Positions 25,573 to 36,146 are shown, counted from the first letter of the stretch. The stretch is 64,000 bases of DNA from a virus (IMGVR_UViG_3300020595_003017:96001-160000); one strand, 5' to 3'. Translations and numbers: made by a program. The notes: generated by a model not told the origin, from the letters alone.

Positions 25573-26840
25573 GAACTGTATTATTAAAAGGACCAATCCT
25601 TAGCAGAAGCGGATATGGCGAACACGCTAGAAGTGTTTTTCGGGCATTGCAAAGCAGGCCAGACTTATATGATATTTATATTGAACCAACTATCTGGGGC
25701 AAAACTCCATGGTCTCATACTGTTTCTGAAGAGAATAAAGAAATATTTGCGTGTATTAACAAAAGGCAGCAGTTTAGAGGTGTTTTTAATTTATCTTTGC
25801 AGGTTATGATACCAAATGAGTGGACAAATATAGCCGAGAAAAACATCGGTGTCACTGCTGGTATAGAAACAGATTTAGCATCCGAAACGTGGGTACAATT
25901 TTGCAAAGACATTGATCATGTTATAGTTGTCTCTAATCATGCTAAAAATGTTTTTCTAAACTCAGTGTATAAGGACAAGGTACCAGTAGCTAATGGGCAA
26001 ATGATGGATCTAAAATTAGAGCCTGAAGAAATTGATGTCATTGGGTACCCTGTTAAGAATAAAGACTGTGAGGATATGGGCTTAGAACTCAAAACTGATT
26101 TTAATTTTTTGACTGTGGCTCAATCAGGACCAAGAAAATGCCTTGACGCAACTGTGAGATGGTTTGCGGAGGAATTCAAAGACGAGAATGTCGGTCTTGT
26201 TGTAAAAGCAAATATGCAAAACAATAGTATTGCAGATAGACATAATCTTCAAACTAGTATGAAACACTGGATTCAAAAACTAAAGGATAAAAAGTGTAAA
26301 GTTTATCTTTTGCACGGAAATTTAAATGAGGAGCAGATTCATCACCTATACAATCACGACAAAATTAAATGTTATGTGACTACGACTCATGGTGAGGGTT
26401 TCGGTCTTCCAATTTTTGAAGCAGCTTATAGTGGACTTCCTGTAGTGGCACCGGCATGGTCTGGTCATGTAGATTTTTTATATAAAAAGTTTAAGAAAAA
26501 AAACGGCAAACCAGATAAGAAACCTTTATTTACTAAAGTTAAATATGAATTAGAAAAAGTTCAACAAAATGCAGTTTGGGAAAATGTTATTGTTGAAGAT
26601 TCTAAATGGGCTTTCAGTGATCAAAAGTCATTTAAAAAAGCACTAAGAAATGTTTATGATGCTTACTCCAGTAAGAGAGCTATGGCAAGTGAATTGAAAG
26701 AATATCTTCATGATGAAATGTCAGAAGAAAAAATACACGAAAAATATATCGATGTGATTAACAAGGTTTATCCACCTGAGGTATTTGAGGTTACTGATTG
26801 GTTATCGCAAATTGAGGGTAATTTAGAAACTCATGATTAA
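25569..26840 (+). CDS. GT-B (GT4-like) glycosyltransferase
   Basis: SRSGYGEHAR, GVTAGIET, THGEGFGLPIFEAAYSGLPV. Start ATG 25569 (ATGA overlap). Confidence 0.88.
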   Translation: MRTVLLKGPILSRSGYGEHARSVFRALQSRPDLYDIYIEPTIWGKTPWSHTVSEENKEIFACINKRQQFRGVFNLSLQVMIPNEWTNIAEKNIGVTAGIETDLASETWVQFCKDIDHVIVVSNHAKNVFLNSVYKDKVPVANGQMMDLKLEPEEIDVIGYPVKNKDCEDMGLELKTDFNFLTVAQSGPRKCLDATVRWFAEEFKDENVGLVVKANMQNNSIADRHNLQTSMKHWIQKLKDKKCKVYLLHGNLNEEQIHHLYNHDKIKCYVTTTHGEGFGLPIFEAAYSGLPVVAPAWSGHVDFLYKKFKKKNGKPDKKPLFTKVKYELEKVQQNAVWENVIVEDSKWAFSDQKSFKKALRNVYDAYSSKRAMASELKEYLHDEMSEEKIHEKYIDVINKVYPPEVFEVTDWLSQIEGNLETHD

Positions 26841-27681
26841 AAAAATCATTTTTGTTGCCGATTGGTTTTCTGAACAAGTCAACGGCGGCGGCGAATTAAA
26901 CAATGATGAGTTTATTTCGGTGGTTCGTAATATGGGAGTAGATGTTACTCCAATTAATTCACATTTATTGACCGTTGATATTCTCAACCAAACTAAGGAT
27001 TGTCACTATATATTTGGAAATTTTCTTAACCTTGACAATAACGTTTATCAGCATATAGTCCAAGGAAAAACAAAATTTTCAATCTATGAGCATGATCACA
27101 AATATTTAGTCAAAAGAGATCCATCCGGGTATGAGAACTACTTGGCCCCAAAAAACGAACTTGCAAACCTAGCCTTTTATAAAAAAGCAACTGCTATATT
27201 TTGCCAAAGTAAACTTCACGCTGAAACGGTTGAAAAAAACTTAAAACTAAAAACGATACATAATTTGTCCGGAAATATATGGGATTTAAGTTCTTTGAAT
27301 TTATTGGAGAACATATCTAGCAAAAGCAAGCAAAACAAAATTTCTATATGGGACTCTACAAACCCAATTAAAAACACTGCGAAGGCTGTCGCATACTGTA
27401 AGGTAAAAAATGTACCATATGAATTGGTTGGTTCATTGCCTTATAGCGAATTCCTGGAAAAATTGGGACAAAATGAAACTTTTTTATTCTTCCCCGAGAC
27501 AATGGAGACTCTGTGTAGAGTAGTGGTTGAGGCACGAATGATGAACATGAAAGCTATAACAAATGGTGTTTTGGGTGCTACTTCCGAAGAGTGGTTTTCT
27601 TTGAAAGGTAAAGAGTTAATCGACCTTATGAGGCAAAAAAGAGAGAGCATACCAAAATATATATTGGAGACTATTAAATGA
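26833..27681 (+). CDS. divergent GT-B glycosyltransferase-like protein
   Basis: NGGGELNN, YEHDHKY, ETLCRVVVEARMM (E-x7-E). Confidence 0.65.
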   Translation: MIKKIIFVADWFSEQVNGGGELNNDEFISVVRNMGVDVTPINSHLLTVDILNQTKDCHYIFGNFLNLDNNVYQHIVQGKTKFSIYEHDHKYLVKRDPSGYENYLAPKNELANLAFYKKATAIFCQSKLHAETVEKNLKLKTIHNLSGNIWDLSSLNLLENISSKSKQNKISIWDSTNPIKNTAKAVAYCKVKNVPYELVGSLPYSEFLEKLGQNETFLFFPETMETLCRVVVEARMMNMKAITNGVLGATSEEWFSLKGKELIDLMRQKRESIPKYILETIK

Positions 27682-28595
27682 AGATTGTGATGGTGTGGAA
27701 CAAGACACTAAAAAGAGGTAATATTCACAAAATAGATATTGGATTTTGGAACACATATTATTCCTTGTTGCAGTTGGGACACCAAGTTTACTTCTACGAT
27801 ACTGCATCTGAACCGGAAAAATCATTATCAGAGGTAGTTGAGAGTTTTAAACCTGAGTTGATTTATTGCTGTATGACAGGAGACAAATCTCTTACTCCAT
27901 ATGAGCCATGGGAAGACTTAGTTAAAGAAAAAGATAAAGGAAGGTGTAAAACTTTTAATTGGTTCTGTGATGACACTTGGAGATTTGATTCTTTTTCTTC
28001 TAAGGTTTGTAATGTGTTTCATGTATGTTCTACCGTGGAAAAAAATTACATTGAAAAATTTAAAGAAATAGATTATAACAACATTATACACGCAATGTGG
28101 CATACTAATCTTGATTTTTACCCCAAAGTAATTGAAAAAGACATCGATATATCTTTTTGTGGTATTCCAAATATCGAAAGAGAGAGTTTTACTAATGCTC
28201 TTAAAAGACAAGAGATGCCTGTGGAATATAAGTATGGAATCTCGCACGAGGATATGTGCGAGCTTTTTGCCAGGTCTAAGATAAGTTTAAACTTCTCAAA
28301 GAACATGACACTTACACCTCCAAGAAGGCAGATCAAGGCGAGGCTCTTTGAAGTTCCAGCCGGAAGAGCATTACTTTGCACAGAAGAAACGCCAAGTTTA
28401 GAGGAATATTATAAACTTGATGAAGAGGTCGTTACTTTTAAGAACTCGCTTGAACTGTATGAAAAGTGCAAATACCTTCTAAAGAATGAAAATGTACGAC
28501 GACGGATGGCTGAAAATGGATTCAATAGATTTAAAAAAGAACACGAATCAAAACAGCGTTTACCAAAAATACTTGACAAAATAATGAAAACATGA
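27678..28595 (+). CDS. CgeB-like glycosyltransferase
   Basis: NWFCDDTWRF, SKISLNFS, KARLFEVPAG.ALLCTE...LEEYY...EEVVTF. Confidence 0.8.
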   Translation: MKIVMVWNKTLKRGNIHKIDIGFWNTYYSLLQLGHQVYFYDTASEPEKSLSEVVESFKPELIYCCMTGDKSLTPYEPWEDLVKEKDKGRCKTFNWFCDDTWRFDSFSSKVCNVFHVCSTVEKNYIEKFKEIDYNNIIHAMWHTNLDFYPKVIEKDIDISFCGIPNIERESFTNALKRQEMPVEYKYGISHEDMCELFARSKISLNFSKNMTLTPPRRQIKARLFEVPAGRALLCTEETPSLEEYYKLDEEVVTFKNSLELYEKCKYLLKNENVRRRMAENGFNRFKKEHESKQRLPKILDKIMKT

Positions 28596-28598
28596 ACC

Positions 28599-28907
28599 AT
28601 GGTTATTTACATAGACATAGACGAAACAATCTGTCTTCATCCTGAAGGTTCCCCCGGTAGGGCTCGTGATTACAATTTAGCATCACCAATACCAGAAAAT
28701 ATCAACAAGGCCAACAGACTGTATGATGAAGGTAATACAGTAATCTACTGGACTGCAAGAGGGGCAACAACAGGGATTGATTGGACTGAACTTACCACAC
28801 GCCAGCTAGAAAAATGGGGTGCAAAGTATCACGAATTAAGGTTAGATAAACCTTTCTATGATTTGTTTATAGACGATAAGGTTATGAATACGGAGAATTG
28901 GACATGA
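28599..28907 (+). CDS. small HAD-family phosphatase (capsule-biosynthesis type)
   Basis: YIDIDETIC, VIYWTARG, KPFYDLFIDDK. Confidence 0.82.
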   Translation: MVIYIDIDETICLHPEGSPGRARDYNLASPIPENINKANRLYDEGNTVIYWTARGATTGIDWTELTTRQLEKWGAKYHELRLDKPFYDLFIDDKVMNTENWT

Positions 28908-29638
28908 CTGCAAAAGTGTCTGTTATAATCCCTTGTTACAATGCAGAAAATTATATTAAAGAGGCTATTGGTTCTGTTCTCAGTCAAACCTATGAAAATA
29001 TTGAGATAGTTGCTGTTGATAATGAGAGTAGCGATGCAACTTTAGATATTTTAAAATCCTACTCATCAGATAATAAACGGGTTGTTTACTCCACCGCAAA
29101 AAACATATATCCTTTTTGTTGGGATGAGGCCAGGGAAGAGGGTTTGAAAATATGCACGGGTGATTACATAACAACCCTATGCTCTGATGACTATTACAGT
29201 TTAGAATACATAGAAAAGTGTGTTCAAATCATGGACCAGTTAAAAGATAAAGTTTCATTAATACAGAGTCCCATAAGGGGTGTTGACGTAAGTGGTAGAG
29301 AGATTAACAGAGTGGGGCACCGTTATGATGGGGTTCAAGAGTTTAAAAATTTAGCTGTCAGCAAATGCCCGGTGACGAGTCCAACGGTTTTTTACAAACG
29401 AGAGATTTATGATCAAGGATTGATAAAAACAAACCCAGAAAAGTATAGTGGTGCGGCTGACTATGATTTATACTGTGGTTTAGCTGACAGTGGACACTAT
29501 ATTTTACCAGTCCCTAGTTGGATAGGTTACAATTATCGCTGGCATGAGGAACAAGCTACTTGGGGTATGCACAAGTCTAAAATAAATTACGATAGTCTGA
29601 TACAATCTTATTGGAGAGAAAAGTGGAACATCTACTAG
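28904..29638 (+). CDS. GT2 glycosyltransferase
   Basis: VSVIIPCYNAE.YI..AI.SVL.QTY, VDNESSD, LCSDD, ADYDL. Start ATG 28904 (GGAG upstream, ATGA overlap). Confidence 0.9.
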   Translation: MTAKVSVIIPCYNAENYIKEAIGSVLSQTYENIEIVAVDNESSDATLDILKSYSSDNKRVVYSTAKNIYPFCWDEAREEGLKICTGDYITTLCSDDYYSLEYIEKCVQIMDQLKDKVSLIQSPIRGVDVSGREINRVGHRYDGVQEFKNLAVSKCPVTSPTVFYKREIYDQGLIKTNPEKYSGAADYDLYCGLADSGHYILPVPSWIGYNYRWHEEQATWGMHKSKINYDSLIQSYWREKWNIY

Positions 29639-30267
29639 ACACCAAAAAAAGAATTGTTCAAATTGCATATGATAACCGACTGTCACATCTTGGCAGTTAT
29701 TTTTCTTGCCTTCCAGTTGTGGATGAAATATACTCTAACAAAAATAAGGAGGATATTTTTATCTTATCTTGTGGACATGCGGCGTTAGCTTTGTATGCTG
29801 TTTTGGAAAAATATGAGAATGCAGACGCATCTAAATTATTTAAGAAGCATGGTGGACACCCTCATCGAAATGTCAAAGATGGTATACATTGTTCCACTGG
29901 TAGTTTAGGAATGGGTCTCCCTTTTGCTGTCGGTAAAGCACTTGCAAACAAGAATAGAAAAGTATATTGCTTGATAAGCGACGGCGAGTGCGCCGAGGGG
30001 TCTATCTGGGAAAGTCTTAAATTTATATACGAAAACAACCTTAAAAATATCCAAGTATATGTTTCAGTAAATGGATATTCTGCCTACGATGCGGTTGATT
30101 CAGACTATCTGGTTAAAAGACTGCAATGTTTTTTGCCGGATATAAATATCAGATACACAAAAGTTAACGAATTTTCCTTCTTAAAAGGCTTGAACGCACA
30201 CTATCATATAATGAGTGAAAATGATTACAATTTAGCACTAAAGGAACTGAATGAGAAAAAAGTTTAG
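29623..30267 (+). CDS. transketolase-like TPP enzyme, N-terminal subunit
   Basis: SHLGSYFS, FILSCGH, GHPHR, STGSLGMG, LISDGECAEGSIWE. GTG 29623 chosen as start (GGAGAG upstream). Confidence 0.88.
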   Translation: MEHLLDTKKRIVQIAYDNRLSHLGSYFSCLPVVDEIYSNKNKEDIFILSCGHAALALYAVLEKYENADASKLFKKHGGHPHRNVKDGIHCSTGSLGMGLPFAVGKALANKNRKVYCLISDGECAEGSIWESLKFIYENNLKNIQVYVSVNGYSAYDAVDSDYLVKRLQCFLPDINIRYTKVNEFSFLKGLNAHYHIMSENDYNLALKELNEKKV

Positions 30268-30727
30268 TAGTATATTACATGACAAAATGGGGAAAGATGA
30301 GAGGCTTTTTTTACTGACAGGTGACCTTGGATATGGTTTGTGGGACAGAATAAAGATTGATTTCCCGGATAGATTCCAAGATTTTGGATCATCTGAGCAA
30401 TTGATGGTTGCTGCTGCTTGTGGTCTTGCAACAGACGGATATATACCACTTGTTTACTCAATAACTCCATTTGTTCTTTATAGACCATATGAGTTTATTC
30501 GAAATTATATTAACCATGAAAAAATACCAGTTAAGTTAATGGGTGGTGGTCGTGATAAAGATTATGGGTACCTTGGGTTCTCTCACTGGGCTGAAGATGA
30601 TAAAAAAACTATGGCTAATTTTAGTAACATTGCAAGTTACTGGCCAATTGACGAAGCGGAATTGGAGAAAGTAGTTGACACTTTCCTGTTTGATGGAAAA
30701 CCAAGCTACCTTAATTTAAAAAGATGA
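30251..30727 (+). CDS. transketolase-like TPP enzyme, pyrimidine-binding subunit (short)
   Basis: LLTGDLGYG, G.SEQLMV..A.GLA, YSITPF, RPYEFIR, GFSHWA; only 158 aa. Confidence 0.85.
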   Translation: MRKKFSSILHDKMGKDERLFLLTGDLGYGLWDRIKIDFPDRFQDFGSSEQLMVAAACGLATDGYIPLVYSITPFVLYRPYEFIRNYINHEKIPVKLMGGGRDKDYGYLGFSHWAEDDKKTMANFSNIASYWPIDEAELEKVVDTFLFDGKPSYLNLKR

Positions 30728-31572
30728 GCAAAATATTAGTTACGGGAGCATCAGGTTTCCTTGGTAAATCTGTAAGTGAGTATTTTTCTAACAAAGGTCA
30801 TGAAGTTTTTTCCTTGACAAGGCAAGATCTTGATGTTACTAATAAGGGACAAGTCACTGACTGGTTTAGACAAAACAAAGTTGACTTCGTAATTCACACG
30901 GCTGTAAAAGGTGGTCGTAGAGGTAACTATGATAGCTTCTCTGACTATGTGGCAAATATAAAAATGTTTGAAAATTTATTTGAAAATAAACACAGATTTT
31001 CAATGATGATTCATTTTGCTTCCGGTGCTGAGTTTGATAGAAAAAATCATATAAACTGTTTCAAGGAAGATCGAATATTTGATTCTATGCCAGAGGATTT
31101 TTACGGACTATCAAAAAATATGATAGCCAGAAAAATTATAAAACATAAAACTAATATTTATAACTTTAGACTTTTTGGTTGCTTTGGCAAAGACGAAGAA
31201 GAAAACAGGCTACTTAAGATTTTATCGAAAGGTATAGAGGAACAGTCAGAAACTTTTATCGAAGGTAGAAAAACCATGGATTTTTTCTATGATAAGGATG
31301 TCTGTAGGGCAATTGAATATTATATGGATAACTACAAGAAAAACAATTTACCCAGAGACATTAATTTGGTTTATGAGGAAAAGTTAACTATCAAAGAAAT
31401 ATCAGATTATCTTGAGGAAGTTATGGGCAAGCCTAACAAAAATTTAAAACTAAACGAAATTACCACTAACGGATATACTGGTGACTGGAAGCTGTGTACT
31501 AAGACGTTTCCCGACAACCTCTTTTCAGGGTTGAGGGAAGCTATATCTGAAATTTATTCGATGGAGAAGTAA
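30724..31572 (+). CDS. NAD-dependent epimerase/reductase (extended SDR)
   Basis: ILVTGASGFLG, VIHTA, FASGAE, YGLSK, RLFGCFG. Confidence 0.88.
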   Translation: MSKILVTGASGFLGKSVSEYFSNKGHEVFSLTRQDLDVTNKGQVTDWFRQNKVDFVIHTAVKGGRRGNYDSFSDYVANIKMFENLFENKHRFSMMIHFASGAEFDRKNHINCFKEDRIFDSMPEDFYGLSKNMIARKIIKHKTNIYNFRLFGCFGKDEEENRLLKILSKGIEEQSETFIEGRKTMDFFYDKDVCRAIEYYMDNYKKNNLPRDINLVYEEKLTIKEISDYLEEVMGKPNKNLKLNEITTNGYTGDWKLCTKTFPDNLFSGLREAISEIYSMEK

Positions 31573-31575
31573 AAA

Positions 31576-32952
31576 GTGTCAAACGATAAAGTAGATCAGA
31601 TTCTTGAGTTAGTAACTGAGTACATCAACGAAAGAAGAGAAAATGATAAATGGGTTAAAGGAGAGGACTGGGTAAATTATTCGGGACCTTATTATAGTTC
31701 TGATGAATATACTTCGGCTATTAAGATTTTATTGAGCGAATGGTTGATTTTTGGCAAACAAGGCAGGCACTTTGAGAATGTTTTCCCTCAGCACCTTGGT
31801 CAGAAGTATGGCGTACTAACAAACTCAGGCAGTTCCGCTAATCTTTTGATGGCGAATGTGTTTAAGAGTAAGTCGATGGCCATGAGAAAGTACCACATGC
31901 CACCTGGGTCTAAGTTTATAACACCAGTTGTGTGCTTTCCAACTACTATTAACCCACTCATACAGGCTGGATATGAACCAGTGTTTGTTGATGTAGATCT
32001 TCCTAGTATGAATCTTAATCTTGATGAAGTTGAGGCTGAACTTGAAAAAGACCCTAATATTAGAGCGATAACTTTTGCTCATGTTTTAGGTAATCCACCT
32101 GATATGGATCGGGTAATGTCGCTGGTTGAGAAGTATAAGCTTAATTTTTTAGAGGATAGCTGCGATGCACTGGGATCATTTTATGATGGTAAAAAGTTAG
32201 GATCCTTTGGTCTGATATCGACTTGTTCTTTTTTTCCGGCACACCACATGACAACAGGTGAAGGTGGCTTTGCAGCGACCTCAAATCTCAGGGTCAGAAA
32301 AGTTTTAGCTAGTATTAGAGATTGGGGTCGTGCTTGTTACTGTAATGAAAGAAAGCCAGGGGATGTTACTTCTGGAACCGCCTGTGGCGATAGATTCCAA
32401 GAGTGGTTGAGTGATGGGAAAAACAAAATTTGCTATGATCACAGGTATGTATTTGATGAGATTGGCTTCAACACCAAGCCGTTAGATCTTCAAGCAGCCA
32501 TGGGACTACATCAGCTTGATAAATTACCTGAAATGGACGCTGCTCGTAGAAAGAACTTTAAACGGATGGAAGAATCTTTTTCGAAATATGAAGATTTTTT
32601 TATGCTGCCAAAAGCAACAAAAAAAGCAGACCCATGCTGGTTTGGATATGCGCTAACGGTAAAAGACAACGATGTTTTTGAGAAACAAGAACTTGTATCT
32701 CACTTCGAAGAAAATAAAGTTCAAACAAGATCCTATTTTACGGGTAATTGTCTCTATCATCCAGCGTATAGGGAGTATGCAGAAAAGTATGGCAAAGATT
32801 ATGGCGATCTTGTTACAAGGTTCCCGAACGCTGATGTTGTTACAAAGAACACTTTTTTCTTGGGAACATATATCGGACTCACTGAAGAAAAGCTTGCTTA
32901 TATCGAGGAAGTTTTGGATGACTTTTTTAAGGATCGTGGTATAGAGAGATGA
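31576..32952 (+). CDS. rfbH: RfbH/DdhC-like CDP-4-keto-6-deoxyglucose 3-dehydratase (DegT fold)
   Basis: NSGSSANLL, PTTINP, AHVLGNP, EDSCDALGS, SFFPAHHMTTGEGG (His in place of the aminotransferase Lys), RDWGRACYC, YDHRYVF.EIGFN, FFLG.Y.GL. GTG start. Confidence 0.88.
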   Translation: MSNDKVDQILELVTEYINERRENDKWVKGEDWVNYSGPYYSSDEYTSAIKILLSEWLIFGKQGRHFENVFPQHLGQKYGVLTNSGSSANLLMANVFKSKSMAMRKYHMPPGSKFITPVVCFPTTINPLIQAGYEPVFVDVDLPSMNLNLDEVEAELEKDPNIRAITFAHVLGNPPDMDRVMSLVEKYKLNFLEDSCDALGSFYDGKKLGSFGLISTCSFFPAHHMTTGEGGFAATSNLRVRKVLASIRDWGRACYCNERKPGDVTSGTACGDRFQEWLSDGKNKICYDHRYVFDEIGFNTKPLDLQAAMGLHQLDKLPEMDAARRKNFKRMEESFSKYEDFFMLPKATKKADPCWFGYALTVKDNDVFEKQELVSHFEENKVQTRSYFTGNCLYHPAYREYAEKYGKDYGDLVTRFPNADVVTKNTFFLGTYIGLTEEKLAYIEEVLDDFFKDRGIER

Positions 32953-33899
32953 AAATACTCTATGTTACAGGGTGCCTAGGTTTTATTCCATCTTATTTTG
33001 TTAAAAAAGCACTAGACAAAGGTTGGATGGTCTTTGGCGTTGATAAGTTAACGTATGCCGCAAATACTAAGATTTTAAAAGAATTTCAAAAGTATGAAAA
33101 CTTTAGATTTGAGCAAGTTGATATCAAAGATATGAACCTGTTGTATGATTGTGACTACGTTGTTAATTTTGCTGCTGAGTCACACGTTGGAAACAGTATT
33201 ATTGATAGTGATGAATTTATAAATACGAATATCTTAGGGACAAAAAATTTACTTGATTTAGTGAGAAACAAACCTAAGAATTGTGGCAACCGCCCTGTTT
33301 TCTTACACATAAGTACAGACGAAGTTTATGGGGATATAATAGAGGGTAGTCATACAGAAAAAGATTTGTTACACCCTAGTAATCCATATTCAGCGGCGAA
33401 AGCGTCGGCTGACATGTTAGTGTTGGCTTGGTCTAGAACATATGGTATTGAGTATATGATAGCAAGGCCTACAAACAATTATGGGATCAGACAATATCCA
33501 GAAAAATTAATACCCCTCTGTGTAAAGAATCTTTTAAGGGGTAGAAAAATAAGGCTTCATAATAATGGCACTCCCACAAGAAATTGGTTACATGCTGATG
33601 ATACAGCGAATGCAATATTAACTCTTATAGAAAAGGGTAAAACGAATGAAATATACAATATTGCTGGTGACTTTGAGCAACAGAACAAAGAGACAGTTCG
33701 TAAAATAATTAAAGCTTTTCACAAAACTGATGAGAACTGGGAAAAGTATGTTGATTATTCTTATTCTAGGGTTGGTCAAGATCTAAGGTACGCTCTTGAT
33801 GACTCTAAAATTAAAGACCTTGGATGGAGTCCAGAGAAAAACTTTGACGAAGAAATAGACAGTATAACAAATTGGTACAAAGATAATTTCATATGGTAA
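32949..33899 (+). CDS. rfbB: dTDP-glucose 4,6-dehydratase
   Basis: VTGCLGFI, DKLTYA, NFAAESHV, HISTDEVYG, PSNPYSAAKA, RPTNNYG..QYPEKLIP, R.GQDLRYA. Confidence 0.9.
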   Translation: MKILYVTGCLGFIPSYFVKKALDKGWMVFGVDKLTYAANTKILKEFQKYENFRFEQVDIKDMNLLYDCDYVVNFAAESHVGNSIIDSDEFINTNILGTKNLLDLVRNKPKNCGNRPVFLHISTDEVYGDIIEGSHTEKDLLHPSNPYSAAKASADMLVLAWSRTYGIEYMIARPTNNYGIRQYPEKLIPLCVKNLLRGRKIRLHNNGTPTRNWLHADDTANAILTLIEKGKTNEIYNIAGDFEQQNKETVRKIIKAFHKTDENWEKYVDYSYSRVGQDLRYALDDSKIKDLGWSPEKNFDEEIDSITNWYKDNFIW

Positions 33900-34774
33900 A
33901 AAAAGAGCTAATAAACAGGTTCGATATAACTGCTTTACAGGATAGTTTCAGCGAGTCTGCCATGGCCGCAGCTTGTCCAAAAGAATTTTGGAGAAAACCA
34001 ACTTATGTTGAGTATACTAGAAATCAAAACCCTTTTAGTGGAATAACAATCTTCACAGACAAACAATTACATCTAGCACCAGAAGTTGATTCAACTTACA
34101 AGGTTGCAATCATACAAGAGCCAAGAGAATTGTTACCATGGGCTTATGATGTTATAGTTCAGTTTGAAGATCATTATGATTTAATTCTAACGTTTGACAT
34201 TGACCTAATCAAAAGAGGTAAAAATTACGTTTTTTGTCCTGGAGACACCGCTGCTATTAGGACCGAGGGTTGCAAGGTTCATAAAAAAAGTAAACTTATA
34301 TCTTTTCCGTATTCTTTAAAGACACAACTTTTTGGACATAAGCTAAGACACATCATAGCTAAGAGTATTATCCCTAATTTGGACCTATCCTATAATATCG
34401 ATTATTTTGGCGCTGGTGTTGGAAACTTTGTTGATGATAAGTTAGAAACTTTACAGGATTATATGTTTCAGATTGCGACTGAAAATGTTCAAAAAGAGTT
34501 TTATTTCACTGACAAAATTTTAGACTGTGCTATAACCGGCACCGTACCGATTTACTGGGGTCCAAAAAATATCGGAAACTTTTTCAACCCAAAGGGTATA
34601 CTTCAATTTGACCACCCAGAAGAATTAAAAAAAATACTTAAAAACTTAGACAAACAAGATTATTATGATATGCTCCCGTATGTAAAAGAAAACTATGAGG
34701 CAGCAAAATATTACATGATCCAAGACGACTTTTTTTACGATATTATAAAGAGAGGATTGAAAGACAATGGTTAA
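33893..34774 (+). CDS. GT10-like (fucosyltransferase family) protein
   Basis: K.ETL.DYMFQIATEN...YFTDKILDC...GTVPIYWG matches the GT10 alpha-1,3 motif. Confidence 0.7.
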   Translation: MVKKELINRFDITALQDSFSESAMAAACPKEFWRKPTYVEYTRNQNPFSGITIFTDKQLHLAPEVDSTYKVAIIQEPRELLPWAYDVIVQFEDHYDLILTFDIDLIKRGKNYVFCPGDTAAIRTEGCKVHKKSKLISFPYSLKTQLFGHKLRHIIAKSIIPNLDLSYNIDYFGAGVGNFVDDKLETLQDYMFQIATENVQKEFYFTDKILDCAITGTVPIYWGPKNIGNFFNPKGILQFDHPEELKKILKNLDKQDYYDMLPYVKENYEAAKYYMIQDDFFYDIIKRGLKDNG

Positions 34775-35435
34775 AGTATTAGAGTATGATACAGAAAGAT
34801 ATACATTTGCCAAAGAAGTAAGAAAGATATTCAATGTAACAGATTTAACTAAACTGCACAAGCATCGTAACGAAATGTACCCTGATTATGAGCTTGGGTT
34901 TCACAATGAAGTTAAAACTGATTATCATAAAGAATTTTATTCTGTTCTAAATGATGATTCTAAAAATCTTGAGCTTAAAAAAGCGTATGAACGTTTTATA
35001 AAAGAAATAGTATCTCCTTATTTTAAAGAGTCTTTTTGTTATCAGGCCTTCCCATCATTTAGAGTTCATTTACCACACAAGAAGGCTGTTCATGAGTGGC
35101 ATTTTGATAGCGATAAAAACCACATGCACCCTGAGTGGGAAATTAATTTTCAGATAGCTTTAACAAATTCAAGAGATACTCAGGCGATGTGGATAGAAAG
35201 TGTTCCTGGACTTAGGGACTTCTTTCCACTAAGTCTTAAACAGAATCAATTTGTTATTTTTAATGGTAACAAGTGTATGCATGGCAATAAACCAAATGAA
35301 ACAGACGATACTAGAGTAAGTATGGACTTTAGAGTTCTCCCATTCAGTAAGTACAACCCAGAAAAATCTAAATCTTCGGCGGAAAAAGGCACTCAGTTTG
35401 TTGTTGGTAGTTATTACAGATTATTTGAAAAGTGA
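34767..35435 (+). CDS. StrG-like 2OG-Fe(II) dioxygenase-fold protein
   Basis: PSFRVHLP, WHFDSD (HxD), EINF.IALT, MHGNKPN.T..TRVSMDFR. Confidence 0.62.
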   Translation: MVKVLEYDTERYTFAKEVRKIFNVTDLTKLHKHRNEMYPDYELGFHNEVKTDYHKEFYSVLNDDSKNLELKKAYERFIKEIVSPYFKESFCYQAFPSFRVHLPHKKAVHEWHFDSDKNHMHPEWEINFQIALTNSRDTQAMWIESVPGLRDFFPLSLKQNQFVIFNGNKCMHGNKPNETDDTRVSMDFRVLPFSKYNPEKSKSSAEKGTQFVVGSYYRLFEK

Positions 35436-35442
35436 GGTGTGA

Positions 35443-36099
35443 ATGTTTGAGCCAATAAGTAGCGTTATTCCATTACTAGAAGATCAGGGCTACAAAGTCA
35501 ACGACCCATGGGATATTGTTGACATTTTTGAAAAGAAGCTAGCTAAATTTGCTGGCAGTAAGTATGCGGTATCTGTTGATAATTGCACAGACGGAATGTT
35601 TCTTTGTTTAAAATATCTAGATTTTCAAGGGGAAATTACTATTCCTAGTAAGACATGGTTATCTGTTCCTGGGATGATAAAACATGCAGGATGTACTGTT
35701 AAATTTGAAGACTTTGAGTGGTCTGGTATATATCAGTTAAAACCAACACCAGTCTATGATGGTGCAACTAGGTTTACAAAAGGTATGTATGTACCAGGAG
35801 CTTATCAGTGTGTTTCTTTTCATCACAGAAAGATATTGAAAATTGGAAAAGGGGGTATGATCTTTACTGACAATAAAGATGCTTACGAATGGTTTAAGAT
35901 AGCTCGATATGAAGGTAGAAATCTCAAGGTGCCTTACGAACAAGACGATCACAAGGTGCTGGGATGGAACATGTACATGACTCCTGAGCAGGCAGCAAGA
36001 GGAATTATTTTATTTGAAGATATTAGTTTAGAAAATAAAGATACTGGTGGCAACTGGGCTTATAAAGATCTTTCTGAGTACGAGATTTTCACAAAATAG
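35443..36099 (+). CDS. compact DegT/DnrJ/EryC1/StrS-family PLP aminotransferase
   Basis: FEKKLAKFAG..YAVSVDNCT, SFHHRKILKIG.GGMI, GWNMYM; only 218 aa. Confidence 0.78.
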   Translation: MFEPISSVIPLLEDQGYKVNDPWDIVDIFEKKLAKFAGSKYAVSVDNCTDGMFLCLKYLDFQGEITIPSKTWLSVPGMIKHAGCTVKFEDFEWSGIYQLKPTPVYDGATRFTKGMYVPGAYQCVSFHHRKILKIGKGGMIFTDNKDAYEWFKIARYEGRNLKVPYEQDDHKVLGWNMYMTPEQAARGIILFEDISLENKDTGGNWAYKDLSEYEIFTK

Positions 36100-36146
36100 A
36101 ATAATTTCTGTATAATTACGTTATAGGAAAAGTCTGGGAGTAAAAA

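Noticed and set aside
28573-28600. TTGACA as an internal promoter
   Set aside because: It lies in coding sequence (LDK) and has no TAnnnT at 16-18 nt spacing.
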